From an uncultured virus (IMG/VR IMGVR_UViG_3300034374_009246) (Duplodnaviria > Heunggongvirae > Uroviricota > Caudoviricetes): a stretch of 64,000 nt of DNA. The number at the start of each line of letters is the position of its first letter. The stretch's first letter is position 1. Positions 10,101 to 19,064 of the stretch are shown here, in pieces. The translations under genes and the position numbers were made by a program. The notes under the pieces were generated by a model. That model was given only the letters and a program-made list of their open reading frames with translations, was not told the DNA's origin and made no database searches. The DNA lies in IMG/VR virus record IMGVR_UViG_3300034374_009246; one strand, 5' to 3'.

Positions 10101-12084
10101 GTTTGGGATGTTTATCAGGAATTTCAAAATTCATATTTCCTTCACCGTACTGTTCCCCATAAATAATAACTTCTTTTGCGCTTAAATAAGGATCTTTAAA
10201 GTTAGTATCTGGACTATGAAATGAAAAAGCATCTTGTCTGTATCCTGTTAAATTTTCATGTTTACATTGTTCAGAAGAACCTACAAGAGGAAAATTAGAC
10301 TGTAAATAATTATCTGCACCTAAATCATTATATGGATAATTTTGATATAAACCTTGTCTATCTGTAGTGCCTTCAGGTACATCGTATTCTCTTAAGTTGC
10401 ATAACATACCTTTAAAGAAAATACTTTTGTTACCTTCTCTTGAACCTCTTAATATTTCATAACCTACAACATTAGTAATTTCATTACCATAATTATCTAA
10501 AGGCTTTTTAATATTAGAAAACTTAACTCCCATAACTCTAATAGCTGAGCCATTATCATTAACATGATGAGTTATAGGATGTCCTTCAGGATCTGAATTA
10601 TTAGCAGGAAATTTATGATGTCTTATAGGTTTTCCACACAAGTCAAATCTTGTATCAGAAGTACCTCCTATATTAACACCTGTAACAGGATCTGTATATG
10701 TAGCATTCCATATTTGTGGTTTATCATCATCATATATTTCAGATGATTCCCAATAAGCCATATCACCTCCGCCTAAAACAACACCACCATCAGGCAATGT
10801 ATAAGGTGTAATAGTAGGATTTATAATAGCTGTATTATAAACTCTCCATTTGTAAGGTGTAATTCCATCATCTGCATCAACAGCAGCGTCTGGACCACCC
10901 ATAATAGTTAAATCATCTTGATTAGAAAATCTACCTGGTATATGAAAACTAGGAGATTTATCACCTGTATTATAAACCCATCTTATAAAAAATGAATATA
11001 CTTCATCTCTCATATATCCTGTATTATTACCACCATTTCCATAATAGTTTTCAGGATATTCAACAGAAACCCATTCTGTTTTAATTTGATTTGCAATAGG
11101 TTGATAATTAAAATCAAACTTGCTTGTAGGACCAATTCTTAAAAGGTAATCACCATTACGCCATATTGAATCTGACTTATCTTCAACAGGATTTCTTAAA
11201 AGAATATCTCCAGGATTAACATCAGGCCAATTAGATTGAAACTGATCTATTGTAATAAGTTTTTGTCTTGTGCTATATACGCCAGCTCTTTTAGCTACTT
11301 GTTGATAATTAACAAAACTTAAAACTATTAATTCAAATTCATCAAATCTTTGATCAGCAAAATCTACAGTAACATCTAAAGAACTTGCTGTGTTAGCATG
11401 TGACCATATACCTTGAACTTGAGAAGGCATAGAGTAATCACCAAACCTTTGCCCATTAATTAAATAAGCTCCTACTACAAAATAAGAACCACTTAAAAGT
11501 TCACCGCTTGTAGCACCCGGAGCAATAGAAAATTTAAGATTATCAACTAAAGGTTCAAGTCTTAATTTTTCACAATCTAATTCTGCTGTTGGTGTGCAAA
11601 TATAACAGCTATCTATATATTCACAATTTTCTACCCAAGGAATATCATCTATATTTAATACTCTATCAGGATTAAAACCATCAGACCAATATACTTCAAA
11701 CTTGCATTCAAAGTTTTCTTTAGCTTGCCCTGTTATAAGATAATCTGTTTTAAAGTTTAAACAAGTAGCATTAACTAATTTAGTGTATGAACATTCTGAT
11801 TCATCAAACAAACCTATTTCAGAAAATATATTATTTGTTGAAAATACAACAAACTTATCTCCTTCAATATGTATAGTTCCAATTATAGTATAAGGTGCTA
11901 AAGTACAAAGTTTATTAGATTTCTCATTGCTTAAAGTACCTAAGTCTCCTATCTCTGTATTGTTCACAGCATTTCTAGCATGGCTCCAGTTTTGTGGACC
12001 TTTACCATAACCTGACATATCTTCAATTAGTCCTTTACTAAAACTATTTACGTCAGATGAACTTGTATTTTGTTTTTTAGCCAT
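7123..12084 (-). CDS. Tail stabilization/muzzle protein (crAss-like)
   Basis: 1653 aa; N-terminus FSKGLIED..ARNAVN..LSNEKSN; beta-rich; C-terminal WTISY..WISYHDWHP; adjacent to a ring protein gene as in crAss-like phages. Confidence 0.75.
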   Translation of the reverse strand: MAKKQNTSSSDVNSFSKGLIEDMSGYGKGPQNWSHARNAVNNTEIGDLGTLSNEKSNKLCTLAPYTIIGTIHIEGDKFVVFSTNNIFSEIGLFDESECSYTKLVNATCLNFKTDYLITGQAKENFECKFEVYWSDGFNPDRVLNIDDIPWVENCEYIDSCYICTPTAELDCEKLRLEPLVDNLKFSIAPGATSGELLSGSYFVVGAYLINGQRFGDYSMPSQVQGIWSHANTASSLDVTVDFADQRFDEFELIVLSFVNYQQVAKRAGVYSTRQKLITIDQFQSNWPDVNPGDILLRNPVEDKSDSIWRNGDYLLRIGPTSKFDFNYQPIANQIKTEWVSVEYPENYYGNGGNNTGYMRDEVYSFFIRWVYNTGDKSPSFHIPGRFSNQDDLTIMGGPDAAVDADDGITPYKWRVYNTAIINPTITPYTLPDGGVVLGGGDMAYWESSEIYDDDKPQIWNATYTDPVTGVNIGGTSDTRFDLCGKPIRHHKFPANNSDPEGHPITHHVNDNGSAIRVMGVKFSNIKKPLDNYGNEITNVVGYEILRGSREGNKSIFFKGMLCNLREYDVPEGTTDRQGLYQNYPYNDLGADNYLQSNFPLVGSSEQCKHENLTGYRQDAFSFHSPDTNFKDPYLSAKEVIIYGEQYGEGNMNFEIPDKHPKHKLITDQALIIACIVGIAYPITAALGKRSYNRKSPTSENRGGTWFGMAAGFQPLDVAGGHGLGIAALSGIHTGRVLGQYAAVNDFSILGASFAAGVKHPQVLYDTTGGWALDNFATAAPGVSAQGYTETVEGSDYSALGPVLGSVVGIASWIFNYMKGIDMFLDIIRAVSTEQQYALQCVSHCFQRFYERPQPNNIRRAIGEQGYIGPALVDWTQDFRINNIFRSRFVAIQTEALNPNDALIADPVIVDNSNLTLGEASKLKNGPTREDIHGSFNFTASSYYVALKQRIRNQYGQINGIVQVPVSTGTTLKNYGQTIANGPSSTDIMFNGDIYIGRYTEKNSMIFFYDWLYDQPDGYEYNYFLRQNAAYVSYWMNSEKYDIGELLQSIDTTDMFAFIDDPQSATVALPFSKYCMDTFDGYSLEFGRVLLENHFFYLFNSGVKDFYVETEINIDYRDWEDEINRRHYDSKRYTHLPTLFNANPNIIKAGNYYKYDWSLSVSRLFNNFLAWGNTQSREYDPQVAETCYTYRPDRIIYSLPQRAANKQDFWRIFLPFNYKDFTSRPRAVKQFSKNGALILFDNMSPITFAGVDQLTTDQDTKLTIGDGGLFSQPMQNLANSEWPIEYGSCQDKYSAINTPAGFYYVSQNQGKVFTLTSGTIQEISNRGLKWWFSEFLPYKLTEDFPDFKLKDNPVAGIGCQTIYDNLNQIVYFSKKDYQLKKDLPEGTTLRYSGDSDLFYLNNTMVPITLGNPLYFDSASWTISYDPKTQSWISYHDWHPDLTISSKNTFLSTKANGIWIHNNRCDSYCNFYDVDYPFEVEFGNHTGGVVNTLRNVEYYMEAYKYAENCYDRFHDLDFNFDEAIIHNSEQVSGLLRLNLQPKNNTPEMLKYPKVNYSNIDIVYSKEEQKYRFNQFWDITADRGEFNSTATRTIFNTEPNGYIRNLNFNNLNYNKNAFQRKKFRHFKNSVFLRRKKSGDRNIIISTAVNMNLKSSR

Positions 12085-12095
12085 AAGGTTTTATT

Positions 12096-13076
12096 CTATA
12101 AACTAGCAAACATATCATAGTACTTAGAGTACATAGCTCTTCTATTAGCTCTATATAATCTTCTAAGCTCACTAAAGTTTGGTGTATTTACAATAGAAAG
12201 AGCATTATTTCTTGCCATTCTATAACGTTGTTCAATTAGTTGAATCTTATTAGGATTTACTTGTTCATCATCCATTATTAGATTCTCTATTATTCTTTGT
12301 TTTAAAGCATATTCATAATACTCATTTATTACATCATGATCAGGTAACAATAGATTACCTTCTTCATCTTCCATAGTTCCTTGATAGTTTATATATAAGT
12401 TTCCTGTTTCAAAACTAGTATATATCCAACCGTTTTTAATCCAAGCAGTATCAGGAGCATGCCAATTTAAATTTGGACAATCGCACTGTACATCAACTGC
12501 ATTTTCTAGTATTCTAATCTTTCTTAAGTTGGTCCACCTTCTTGTTTCATATGTAAGAGCTTGAACAAGCTGTACCACTTCTCCTTTACAATTTATAGTG
12601 CAAGAGTTTGGGTTAGCACAACAAGTATTACAAGGTTCACAATTGTTAGTTGTTTGACCACATTGAGCGCATGGATCATTACAAGGATCTACAGGCTCTA
12701 AAGGTGTAGGAGGTGTCTCACAAAAGTCTACTGTCTCTGGCGGAGCAGTTTGATATTCCGGAGCAGCTCCAATAATTTTTTCTTCTACTCTTGTTCCTTG
12801 TGGTAAATATTGTTTTGTTTCATAACTACTACAAGAAAGAGCAAAATTAAGAACATAGAAATCATTAGGTAATCTAACTCTACCTTTCTCAACTTCTAGT
12901 ATTATTTCTTTAGTTTTATTTATTCTTAACCCAAGATCATAGTTAACTCTTTTAGTTACCCTAATCATATCTTGAGGATCAATTAAATTTTGTAATTGAT
13001 ACTTTTTAAAATCACTAAGAACATCTGCCATAAGTTGATCAAATGTTCTATATTTTAGAGTATAGTTATAACTCAT
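12096..13076 (-). CDS. Tail ring/tubular protein
   Basis: VRLPNDFY..IKNGWIYTSFETGNLYINYQG..DEEGNLLLPD pattern typical of crAss tail tubular proteins; carries a Cys-rich insertion. Confidence 0.65.
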   Translation of the reverse strand: MSYNYTLKYRTFDQLMADVLSDFKKYQLQNLIDPQDMIRVTKRVNYDLGLRINKTKEIILEVEKGRVRLPNDFYVLNFALSCSSYETKQYLPQGTRVEEKIIGAAPEYQTAPPETVDFCETPPTPLEPVDPCNDPCAQCGQTTNNCEPCNTCCANPNSCTINCKGEVVQLVQALTYETRRWTNLRKIRILENAVDVQCDCPNLNWHAPDTAWIKNGWIYTSFETGNLYINYQGTMEDEEGNLLLPDHDVINEYYEYALKQRIIENLIMDDEQVNPNKIQLIEQRYRMARNNALSIVNTPNFSELRRLYRANRRAMYSKYYDMFASL

Positions 13077-13079
13077 GAT

Positions 13080-13370
13080 TTACCATTTAACTTTGTGTGA
13101 CCAATATCTAGCAGATAATTTAGATGGTTTAGCATCTTGAGCATTATGTCTAGCATAATAACTTTTCTTACGTGCTTTATCTTTTTTAGATTTAGGATTT
13201 TTTCCAGCTCCTTTTACTCCTTGTTGACCAAACCTAATAGTTTTAATTTTATTTCCTACTTTAGCTACAACTACATGTGACTTAGTTGGATGGTTAGGTG
13301 TACGCTTTGGTTTATTATAACCTGATACACCTGCTCTTGCTAACCTAGAATCTTTCTTTTTAGGAGCCAT
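13080..13370 (-). CDS. Small basic phage protein
   Basis: K/R-rich, KSHVVVAK..KTIRFGQQG..RKKSYYARH..SARYWS; resembles a widespread small phage family of unknown function. Confidence 0.6.
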   Translation of the reverse strand: MAPKKKDSRLARAGVSGYNKPKRTPNHPTKSHVVVAKVGNKIKTIRFGQQGVKGAGKNPKSKKDKARKKSYYARHNAQDAKPSKLSARYWSHKVKW

Positions 13371-13374
13371 AACT

Positions 13375-13659
13375 TTAATCTTTTACAAAGTACTTATAAT
13401 GAAATAATACAGCCCAAGTAAATATAATAGCTAGACCTATATTAAGAATAATCTCTGAAAGAGGAGGATGTGACAATGTAAGAAAGTTAAATAAAGATCC
13501 ACATGCTGTTGTACATAATCCAACTTTAACTAAGATTGATTGCCACTTTGGTAACTTATCCATCATAGATAGTCTTCCAAAAATAAAAAAAATAAATACA
13601 CTAACAGATAGTGCAATGATAATGTTACTTATCGCGTTGATTGCTACTAATAGATTCAT
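13375..13659 (-). CDS. Small membrane protein (3 TM), possibly holin-associated
   Basis: Three hydrophobic stretches; overlaps the upstream holin-like gene. Confidence 0.5.
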   Translation of the reverse strand: MNLLVAINAISNIIIALSVSVFIFFIFGRLSMMDKLPKWQSILVKVGLCTTACGSLFNFLTLSHPPLSEIILNIGLAIIFTWAVLFHYKYFVKD

Positions 13660-13939
13660 CTTCTACTTTTTTTAATAATTTGTTACTAATAAGTTCCACA
13701 CCTTTTAATCCTAGAAAACCTAGAATAAAAGCTACAGACATTTGATATTTTACGTCAAATTGAGCCATATCTAAAATTACTGGTGTGATATAATTTGCAG
13801 ATGCTACACCAGACAATAAAGAAAAAAACATAGTTCTTAAATCTGTTTTATTTGTTTTACCAACAAGAAGCAAAGCACCAAATAAACCTGCTACAGATAT
13901 ACCAATATTTATTCCTAAACTTTGTAAAAATTCTTTCAT
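13625..13939 (-). CDS. Putative holin (3 TM)
   Basis: AGLFGALL..SGVASANYITP..AFILGFLGLKGVE with a charged C-terminal tail. Confidence 0.55.
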   Translation of the reverse strand: MKEFLQSLGINIGISVAGLFGALLLVGKTNKTDLRTMFFSLLSGVASANYITPVILDMAQFDVKYQMSVAFILGFLGLKGVELISNKLLKKVEDESISSNQRDK

Positions 13940-14115
13940 TTCTTTTGTTGTTTAGCTTTCATTTGAGCTTTTTTACTAAGCTCTTTCATGTGATATAAAT
14001 ATACACTACTTTTAGTATGTGTCTTGCCACTCATAAGCTTACCGCTTTTATCTTTGTGTGTATGCTTTCCTCTATAAAGTGATCCATCTTTTTTATAATG
14101 TGGTACTCCTTTCAT
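13936..14115 (-). CDS. Small basic His/Lys-rich protein (59 aa, below the ORF-track cutoff)
   Basis: Read manually: MKGVPHYKKDGSLYRGKHTHKDKSGKLMSGKTHTKSSVYLYHMKELSKKAQMKAKQQKK; ATGA overlaps with both neighbours. Confidence 0.7.
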   Translation of the reverse strand: MKGVPHYKKDGSLYRGKHTHKDKSGKLMSGKTHTKSSVYLYHMKELSKKAQMKAKQQKK

Positions 14116-14378
14116 TTCTTTTTCTTTTTAGTTCCTGTTCTGTTTTTACCTTTATGTAATCCATGTGAGGCATGTTGTTTACCAGCTTTAGTAGCAGCTC
14201 TTTTTTTTCTATTAGCTGCAGCTAATTTTTTTCTGCCTGACGGTGTACTTTTAAGTTTGCTTATTGTAGCAGAAGGAGCGTAAACTTCACCTGTTTCAGA
14301 AGATTTTTTTCCTGAAGCTGTTCTCCATTTTTGTTTAGTCCACCTGTCTAGACTTTTCTGTTGTTTTTTCTTCCCCAT
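14112..14378 (-). CDS. Small basic protein resembling the C-terminal half of DUF5872-like proteins
   Basis: QKSLDRWTKQKWRT..GEVYAPSATISKL..ANRKKR. Confidence 0.5.
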   Translation of the reverse strand: MGKKKQQKSLDRWTKQKWRTASGKKSSETGEVYAPSATISKLKSTPSGRKKLAAANRKKRAATKAGKQHASHGLHKGKNRTGTKKKKK

Positions 14379-14485
14379 TATTACATTTATCTTTTAACTT
14401 TTTAATTCTTTTTTTGATGTTCTTTAAAAAAGCATCTAAAGTTTCAAAGTGATCTTTTTCTTCATTCTTATCCATACATTAAGAT

Positions 14486-14782
14486 TTAATCTAATAATCG
14501 CAGTTTATTATCAAGCATTGTTTTAATACTTTCAACAGCTGCTGTTACTTGCTCTAAAGCTTCAAGGGTTTCTAGATCTCTTTCTCTTATATATGTGTTT
14601 AGTTGTTTTACTTCATCTGCATGCTTTAATGTAAGCTCTGCTATTTGCTGCAGAAAGTGTTGTCTTTCTTCCTGCATCTCTTTTTTAGTTTCTATTTTAT
14701 CTTTCCATAAAGCATAGATGCCAATACCCAAAGCAATAATTACAGGTGTTTGTTCTAATAGCTTTACTAATAACTCGTCCAT
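14486..14782 (-). CDS. Membrane-anchored coiled-coil protein (holin-like)
   Basis: One N-terminal TM (PVIIALGIGIYALW) followed by a coiled coil. Confidence 0.5.
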   Translation of the reverse strand: MDELLVKLLEQTPVIIALGIGIYALWKDKIETKKEMQEERQHFLQQIAELTLKHADEVKQLNTYIRERDLETLEALEQVTAAVESIKTMLDNKLRLLD

Positions 14783-14788
14783 TACTTT

Positions 14789-14989
14789 TTAGTTTTTATA
14801 TCCTCCCCCAGCGGCTTTATATCTTTTAGCTAACATTTGTGCTTTACGTGCAGACCATTGTCCAGGTTTTCCACCTTTAGAGCCAGCTTTTATTTCATTA
14901 AACAATCTTTTACGTAAAGAAGGTTTAGTATAATTACCTGCAGAATTTACAGTGCTTTTTTTCTTAGTTGTTGTTTTTTTCTTAGGCAT
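14789..14989 (-). CDS. Small basic protein resembling the N-terminal half of DUF5872-like proteins
   Basis: NYTKPSLRKRLFNEIKAGSKGGKPGQWSARKAQMLAKRYKAAGGGY. Confidence 0.6.
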   Translation of the reverse strand: MPKKKTTTKKKSTVNSAGNYTKPSLRKRLFNEIKAGSKGGKPGQWSARKAQMLAKRYKAAGGGYKN

Positions 14990-15663
14990 TATCTCATAAT
15001 ATTTTGATTATCATCTGCACCATCTGGCGGTATTTTACCGCTAGTTAGTATTTCATTTATTACCATCTGTTCTATTTCAGAAAACAAATGTTCAGGTATT
15101 ATTGATTCTCTATCTTGTTCTTGAACACAATCTCTAGAATCTGTTGAACAATTAAATGAAGAAACATCTTCATCAAATATAGCTTGAACTCTAACACCTT
15201 CCCAAGTAACATTAGGTAAATAAATATAACCATCAAGATACCAATAGTACTTTGTCTTATTATATTTAAAGCTAGTACTTTTAGTCATATTAGAATATAC
15301 TGTAGGATAAGTCTGTTGGGCAGCTTGACTATAATCTAAAGAGGTAACAGCTCTGATAATTGGACCATCATCACTTTGGAGTAACTCTGGTAATTTATCT
15401 TTACTTCTCATAAAAGTACATCCAGTCTTTATACCTATACAGCAAGCTTCTATTTTATCTACCTCAATTAAATCTAGACAAGGAATCTCTTTAAACAAGT
15501 TTCTATACTTATATATTTCACCTGTTAAAGATTCTCTTTTAATAAACGTTTTGCCATACTTCATTACTAAACTATAGATAAATCTATCTGTTAGAAATGG
15601 ATCTTCTTTAACAGCTTTTAAAACGTTTCTTACTCTTGATATGGACTCTCCTATTAACGTCAT
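14989..15663 (-). CDS. crAss-like tail ring/adaptor structural protein
   Basis: CLDLIEVD..RSKDKLP..YYWYLDGYIY..VRVQAIFDE pattern; lies next to an IHF-like gene. Confidence 0.55.
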   Translation of the reverse strand: MTLIGESISRVRNVLKAVKEDPFLTDRFIYSLVMKYGKTFIKRESLTGEIYKYRNLFKEIPCLDLIEVDKIEACCIGIKTGCTFMRSKDKLPELLQSDDGPIIRAVTSLDYSQAAQQTYPTVYSNMTKSTSFKYNKTKYYWYLDGYIYLPNVTWEGVRVQAIFDEDVSSFNCSTDSRDCVQEQDRESIIPEHLFSEIEQMVINEILTSGKIPPDGADDNQNIMR

Positions 15664-15666
15664 ATA

Positions 15667-16248
15667 TTATAGTTTAAACTCATCATAATCTTTAGGTATA
15701 TTAGATCCTAATCTTTTAGCAATATCTTTTTTTCTATATTTATCAAACATCTGAGATATTTTATCAGTAGGATATACCTCAATATATTTAGCCCAATTAT
15801 TTTTATAACTTTCTGATGCATTTTTTCTAAACTGCTTTACAGCTTTGAAAGACCATACTTGTTTATTTGTAAATGGATATTTAGTGTTTGAGTTAGTATA
15901 GAATATTTTTAAAAGTTTGTTATCAGAATCCCAGTTTTTATGATTAGTTTTTATTCCGTAATTAAAAGATTTTTTATAATCAATGTTTTGTTTTTTTGTA
16001 GCAGGACAAGAAGCCATAAATATAAAACCTAAACCTTGAGGTAACTCTATTCCATCTCTGTTATCTATTACTCCTTGAGCTAAAAAACCATTAAAAGTCA
16101 TTACTATACTTTTGAATTGTTTTAGCGTCATGTTAGAATATTCTGGATGTTGACTTTTAAACATTTCCAGTTTTTTTCTTTTAAGTATTGATATTCTTTT
16201 CTCTCTAAATCTTGGCCCGTTTAAATTTGGTTTATTTATTTTTTCCAT
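15667..16248 (-). CDS. Divergent HU/IHF-like basic DNA-binding protein
   Basis: Basic; helical N-half then IELPQGLGFI and WSFKAVKQFRK; position matches the crAss IHF-like gene. Confidence 0.5.
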   Translation of the reverse strand: MEKINKPNLNGPRFREKRISILKRKKLEMFKSQHPEYSNMTLKQFKSIVMTFNGFLAQGVIDNRDGIELPQGLGFIFMASCPATKKQNIDYKKSFNYGIKTNHKNWDSDNKLLKIFYTNSNTKYPFTNKQVWSFKAVKQFRKNASESYKNNWAKYIEVYPTDKISQMFDKYRKKDIAKRLGSNIPKDYDEFKL

Positions 16249-16308
16249 ATCATTACATATATAATATACTCAATTTTTCTTTGTTTTACAAATAAACACT
16301 TTTCAGGT

Positions 16309-17478
16309 TTAAGATAACCAAAAAATTTGAGCGTTTAATGTTTCAGATTCTTTTTCTACTATTTCAAACACACAAGAAGCCTTTGTCATACTGTAATTAT
16401 CCATTATCCAATCTGAAGCTCCAAAGATAGAACCAATGTTCCAGTAAGTCATTTTCATTCTGCTACAATCTAAATCATTCATGTGCAAATCTCCTTTCCT
16501 TACATGAATTTTGTAGTTACCTAGTTTTCTATCTATAACGTAATCCATTAAGAAAGATTCTGTATCTGCATTGATTTTTAAGGGAAGTCCGTGCTTTCTG
16601 TTTTTCTTATCCTTACCATGAGTAATAATGTAAGCTCTGTCATATAAAACAAAGTGTGATAAAAACTCTTCTGGTATAGTAAACTTTATATCAGGATACG
16701 CAACACTACCGTATTGCTGTAAAGCAAAAGATGCTTGCCAACCAAAATCACCTGCATGATTATCATTAGATATGTGTACAACTTCTAATTCCTTTGAGAT
16801 ACCTGAATTAAGAAGTTGTTCATAAAACCATTTGTGAGTATAAAAATGTACTTGAGCAGCTTCTTTATTATTTAAGTTTTGAGGAAGATCATGACCACCT
16901 CTTGTAGTCTGAGCATTATAGCCATCTAAAGAATCTCCAAGATCAGCCACTATAAGCTTATCAAATATACCATAGGTTTGAAACAAAGACATAGCCTTTT
17001 GGTATATCTTTTCCATTCTACTAAAAAACACATGCTCATCATACTTCTTTTTATAAAGAGCATCATCAGGTATAGAAGCTCCTATATGTTTATCAGAAGT
17101 CCATATAATCAAAGCCTTGTTATTAGACGGAAGAGTTGTCTCTTTATTATAAGTAATAGATATATTACCAACCTTATCTATAATATTCTCCCAATCTTCT
17201 TTTGTAAGTTGGTATTCACTTTGTTCTACAGCTTTATAACTTTCTAACCACTCAACTTCTCCACCTTTCTTTTGCACTTGCCATGTGGATTTCAGACGGA
17301 GTTTCTTACTATCATCACCCATCATCACATCTTTCTTAATCTCAGCAGCCACTTCCGTTTTAGCACGTTTAATTTTATCCAAATCATCAAGCTCTAAAAA
17401 ATCAGCCAGCCAACCAGCACCTCTTTTTATATAGCCAGGTTTCTTTCTGAAAAAATCTTTTAATTGTTCTAGTGTCAT
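16309..17478 (-). CDS. Calcineurin-like metallophosphoesterase
   Basis: Motifs SDKHIG, LGDSLDG, SNDNH, THG and GDLH in canonical order. Confidence 0.8.
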   Translation of the reverse strand: MTLEQLKDFFRKKPGYIKRGAGWLADFLELDDLDKIKRAKTEVAAEIKKDVMMGDDSKKLRLKSTWQVQKKGGEVEWLESYKAVEQSEYQLTKEDWENIIDKVGNISITYNKETTLPSNNKALIIWTSDKHIGASIPDDALYKKKYDEHVFFSRMEKIYQKAMSLFQTYGIFDKLIVADLGDSLDGYNAQTTRGGHDLPQNLNNKEAAQVHFYTHKWFYEQLLNSGISKELEVVHISNDNHAGDFGWQASFALQQYGSVAYPDIKFTIPEEFLSHFVLYDRAYIITHGKDKKNRKHGLPLKINADTESFLMDYVIDRKLGNYKIHVRKGDLHMNDLDCSRMKMTYWNIGSIFGASDWIMDNYSMTKASCVFEIVEKESETLNAQIFWLS

Positions 17479-17597
17479 TACTATTAGTTTTTAAAAAAAG
17501 AAAGCCCTTGTATAATTAAACAAGAGCTTTCAGCTGTCAGTCATAGTATAAACCAACAAACCATGACATATCTTTAATAATAAATTTCATAAATTAA

Positions 17598-18536
17598 TTA
17601 TGGTATACATGCTGTACATGCAGGAGATATTGTATATGAAGCATCCGTTTCTAATACGCTTATTGTTTCACACAACGCTTCACAAGGAGAACTCCAACTA
17701 CCTGCAGCAGGTACTTCTTGCACTACTAATGCTCCATCAATACATGTATTATATACTACTGTTAAAGTATCTACTCCTGTATTATTTATTGTAAACTCAT
17801 TACAATCATTATTACAAATACAGTTAGTTCCTATAGGATTATATTCATAAGCTGTTTTTTCATCATCAGTTAAAGCAGCAACTTTACCTGCATAAATAGC
17901 TTGAGTAGCACATTCAATATAACTTTCTCCTAAAGCTATACTAATAGGTTCTGTAATACCTGTACAATCTAAATGATTTAAAGTAGGACAATCTGCTAAA
18001 ACTGCTACAGGTGTTGCTCCAGTTCCATTTATACTAACAACATTAAGAGTTGGTAATGAAGTATAGCCTGTTCCTGGATCTAAAATAGAATAAGATAATA
18101 TCTCTCCTGAACCATTTACTACATCTACAATAGCTGATGCTCCAGAACCACCTCCTCCTGTAAATACAACAGAATCACCAGAATTATAATTAGCACTTCC
18201 TGGATTAGGAGTTATAGATCCTATACCTACAGAAACGCAGTCCCATTGATATTCATAACAATCAGGTTGTGTAGAATCGGCAACCATTACTTCAAAATAA
18301 ACAGTAGTCCCAGGCAAATCACATAAATTACCTATATAAAGTTCATAAAGTTGACCATCACAATTTGTATTACAAGGTACAGTTTGTATAAAAACTCCCA
18401 TTGCACCTCCTATACCTATAGCAGTTGTAATATTCCATGTTGGATCTCCCTGTGCTCTCCATCCTATTTCAATATCTTGACCTCCAGTACCTGATGGTGT
18501 ATATTCAACTTCTATTGTTACATTTAAACAAGCCAT
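17598..18536 (-). CDS. Cys-rich beta-structured virion appendage protein
   Basis: Includes VFTGGGGSGASA..ILDPGTGYTSLPTL, a repeat type common in phage structural proteins; many Cys. Confidence 0.5.
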   Translation of the reverse strand: MACLNVTIEVEYTPSGTGGQDIEIGWRAQGDPTWNITTAIGIGGAMGVFIQTVPCNTNCDGQLYELYIGNLCDLPGTTVYFEVMVADSTQPDCYEYQWDCVSVGIGSITPNPGSANYNSGDSVVFTGGGGSGASAIVDVVNGSGEILSYSILDPGTGYTSLPTLNVVSINGTGATPVAVLADCPTLNHLDCTGITEPISIALGESYIECATQAIYAGKVAALTDDEKTAYEYNPIGTNCICNNDCNEFTINNTGVDTLTVVYNTCIDGALVVQEVPAAGSWSSPCEALCETISVLETDASYTISPACTACIP

Positions 18537-18537
18537 A

Positions 18538-19062
18538 TTATTTTAAAGTTTTAATTAATAATTCTGCAGAACTACATTCTGTAAGATCTGTACATACTGA
18601 TGTAATAAATAATTTATATTCTGAATCTGCAGCTAAAAATTCTATTAGTATTTCTGTAGCGCCAGTATCAATAACATAAGGTGTTACAGTTCCTGTACTA
18701 ACTTCTGTTAAATATAAAGTACGAGTTTGGCTAGCTGTAGAAATTGGTGTGAATGAAATATTAATTGTGCTAGATGTAACTGTTGGTAAACCTAACAATA
18801 CAGCTTTACAAGAATCGCTATCATCTACACAAGATACTGAATCAATATTACTATCTAGTAATTGAAATACAGTATATAAATTCATACCTGTTTTTATACC
18901 TAAATTAGGTAAGCCAGGACCACACCATACTATACATTCAGCACAAAAATTTTCAGCGCAAGGATTTCCTTGACATTGAATACCATCATTACAAGGAGAA
19001 CCTGTTGTAAGCGGAGTGTCATTACAACCACAAGGTACTAAATGTCCACATGTTTTTCCCAT
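18538..19062 (-). CDS. Cys-rich structural protein with FN3-like C-terminus
   Basis: N-terminus CGHLVPCGCNDTPLTTGSPC nearly identical to the next gene; VTSSTINISF..LAADSEYKLFITSVC is FN3-like. Confidence 0.5.
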   Translation of the reverse strand: MGKTCGHLVPCGCNDTPLTTGSPCNDGIQCQGNPCAENFCAECIVWCGPGLPNLGIKTGMNLYTVFQLLDSNIDSVSCVDDSDSCKAVLLGLPTVTSSTINISFTPISTASQTRTLYLTEVSTGTVTPYVIDTGATEILIEFLAADSEYKLFITSVCTDLTECSSAELLIKTLK

Positions 19063-19064
19063 AG

